Origin: Squalus acanthias
Lineage: Eukaryota
Assembly (NCBI GenBank): GCA_030390025.1
Contig: CM059430.1
Span: 3,782,001-3,846,000 of the forward strand
Direction: 5' to 3'
Length of the DNA stretch: 64,000 bases
In this document: positions 63,171 to 64,000 of the stretch, piece after piece
Layout of the letters: the number at the start of each line of letters is the position of its first letter
Numbering within the stretch: the first letter of the stretch is position 1
Program-made: the position numbers and the translations under genes
Notes under the pieces: generated by a model
Database searches by the model: none
Told to the model about the DNA's origin: nothing
Seen by the model: only the letters and a program-made list of their open reading frames with translations

Positions 63171-64000
63171 TATACTTTGGGGGGCTTTCTGTTCCAGAGC
63201 AATTGGCACCGATGACAAAGAACATGTACCCTGCGCTCCCAAGTCTCCGAGGGTTACTGCTTGTACTTGATGTGCATCTTTTTCATGATGTGCTGTCCAC
63301 CTATGCACATTGCCTCTTTTGTTGTCTTGCTTATAAAAGTTTTTTGCACTGTTTTTGAGCATTCCTACTGTAGTATTTGTCTCACCTTTCCACCTGTGAT
63401 GATCAGGTCCTCCGTTAGATGCAAGAAATTATACACTCAGCTTTCATACTCCTCACCTTTACATCTGTCAATCGGAAACTGAGGCGTCATGTGATTGTGT
63501 ACATGCCTCACGTCGGGTACGACCCAATTTAAGATCACATAGGTTGCAAAAAAAAAGCATTTCCATTTTCGGAAGTTCAGCGTTAATTTTCTTTAAGAAG
63601 ACGACACAAATGCATCAGCGATCATTCCTACCTCAGTTGTTCAGTTCAAATCACAGAGTATTGAAATAATGTTCAAATATATTTCAGATCTCATGGTTCT
63701 CTCTCACTACCTAAACTCCCGTTTCTTAATTCAAACATCCTGGGGCCTACATAAATAAACAGAGTGAAAAACTAGGGAAAACCTCAACATTGATGGCAGC
63801 TAAGCTCCTATGTTCTCACAACATCTATTTTGGGAGGATCTTCAATATTAGCAAAAGCCTGGAATATCCTAGACTATTTCCAAGAGTGACTGTATCCACT
63901 GAATTCACCCCCAGGAATGATCACCACTCGGCATACGCAATGTGATCAACATGAAGATACTCGTATTTAGCATTTAGTTGAAAGAGCAAAACTCCAACTC

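Larger units (their letters stand above)
1606..64000 (-). other. Probable single large intron of the host gene (upstream exon lies outside the window)
   Basis: I found no further ZFHX-like exon such as the preceding C2H2 zinc-finger exon. The orthologous intron is very long in mammals (recalled). Confidence 0.55.

Noticed and set aside
1-64000. CRISPR arrays, operons, rRNA or other prokaryotic systems
   Set aside because: No repeat-spacer arrays and no gene-dense organisation. The sequence is vertebrate intronic DNA.

Overview
Eukaryotic DNA, most likely from a cartilaginous fish (shark-type CR1 and Deu-SINE families, recognised from recall). The only host coding sequence I can support is one short minus-strand exon (1498-1605) resembling ZFHX3/ATBF1 exon 5, so almost the whole window is probably one very large ZFHX3 intron. 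The intron holds repeat-poor, CNE-like blocks and many mobile elements. These include a young CR1 LINE with one frameshift, a decayed L2 LINE, three ~1.7 kb non-autonomous PIF/Harbinger elements with a Myb/SANT ORF, Harbinger MITEs, a possible Harbinger transposase fossil, Deu-, LF- and AmnSINE2-like SINEs, and Penelope-type terminal repeats carrying minimal hammerhead ribozymes. The most interesting structure is a TSD-flanked fold-back element (4929-5152) with two head-to-head hammerhead cores, where the core in the host-sense orientation is mutated. Most ORFs in the supplied track are spurious. Family names come from memory, not database searches.
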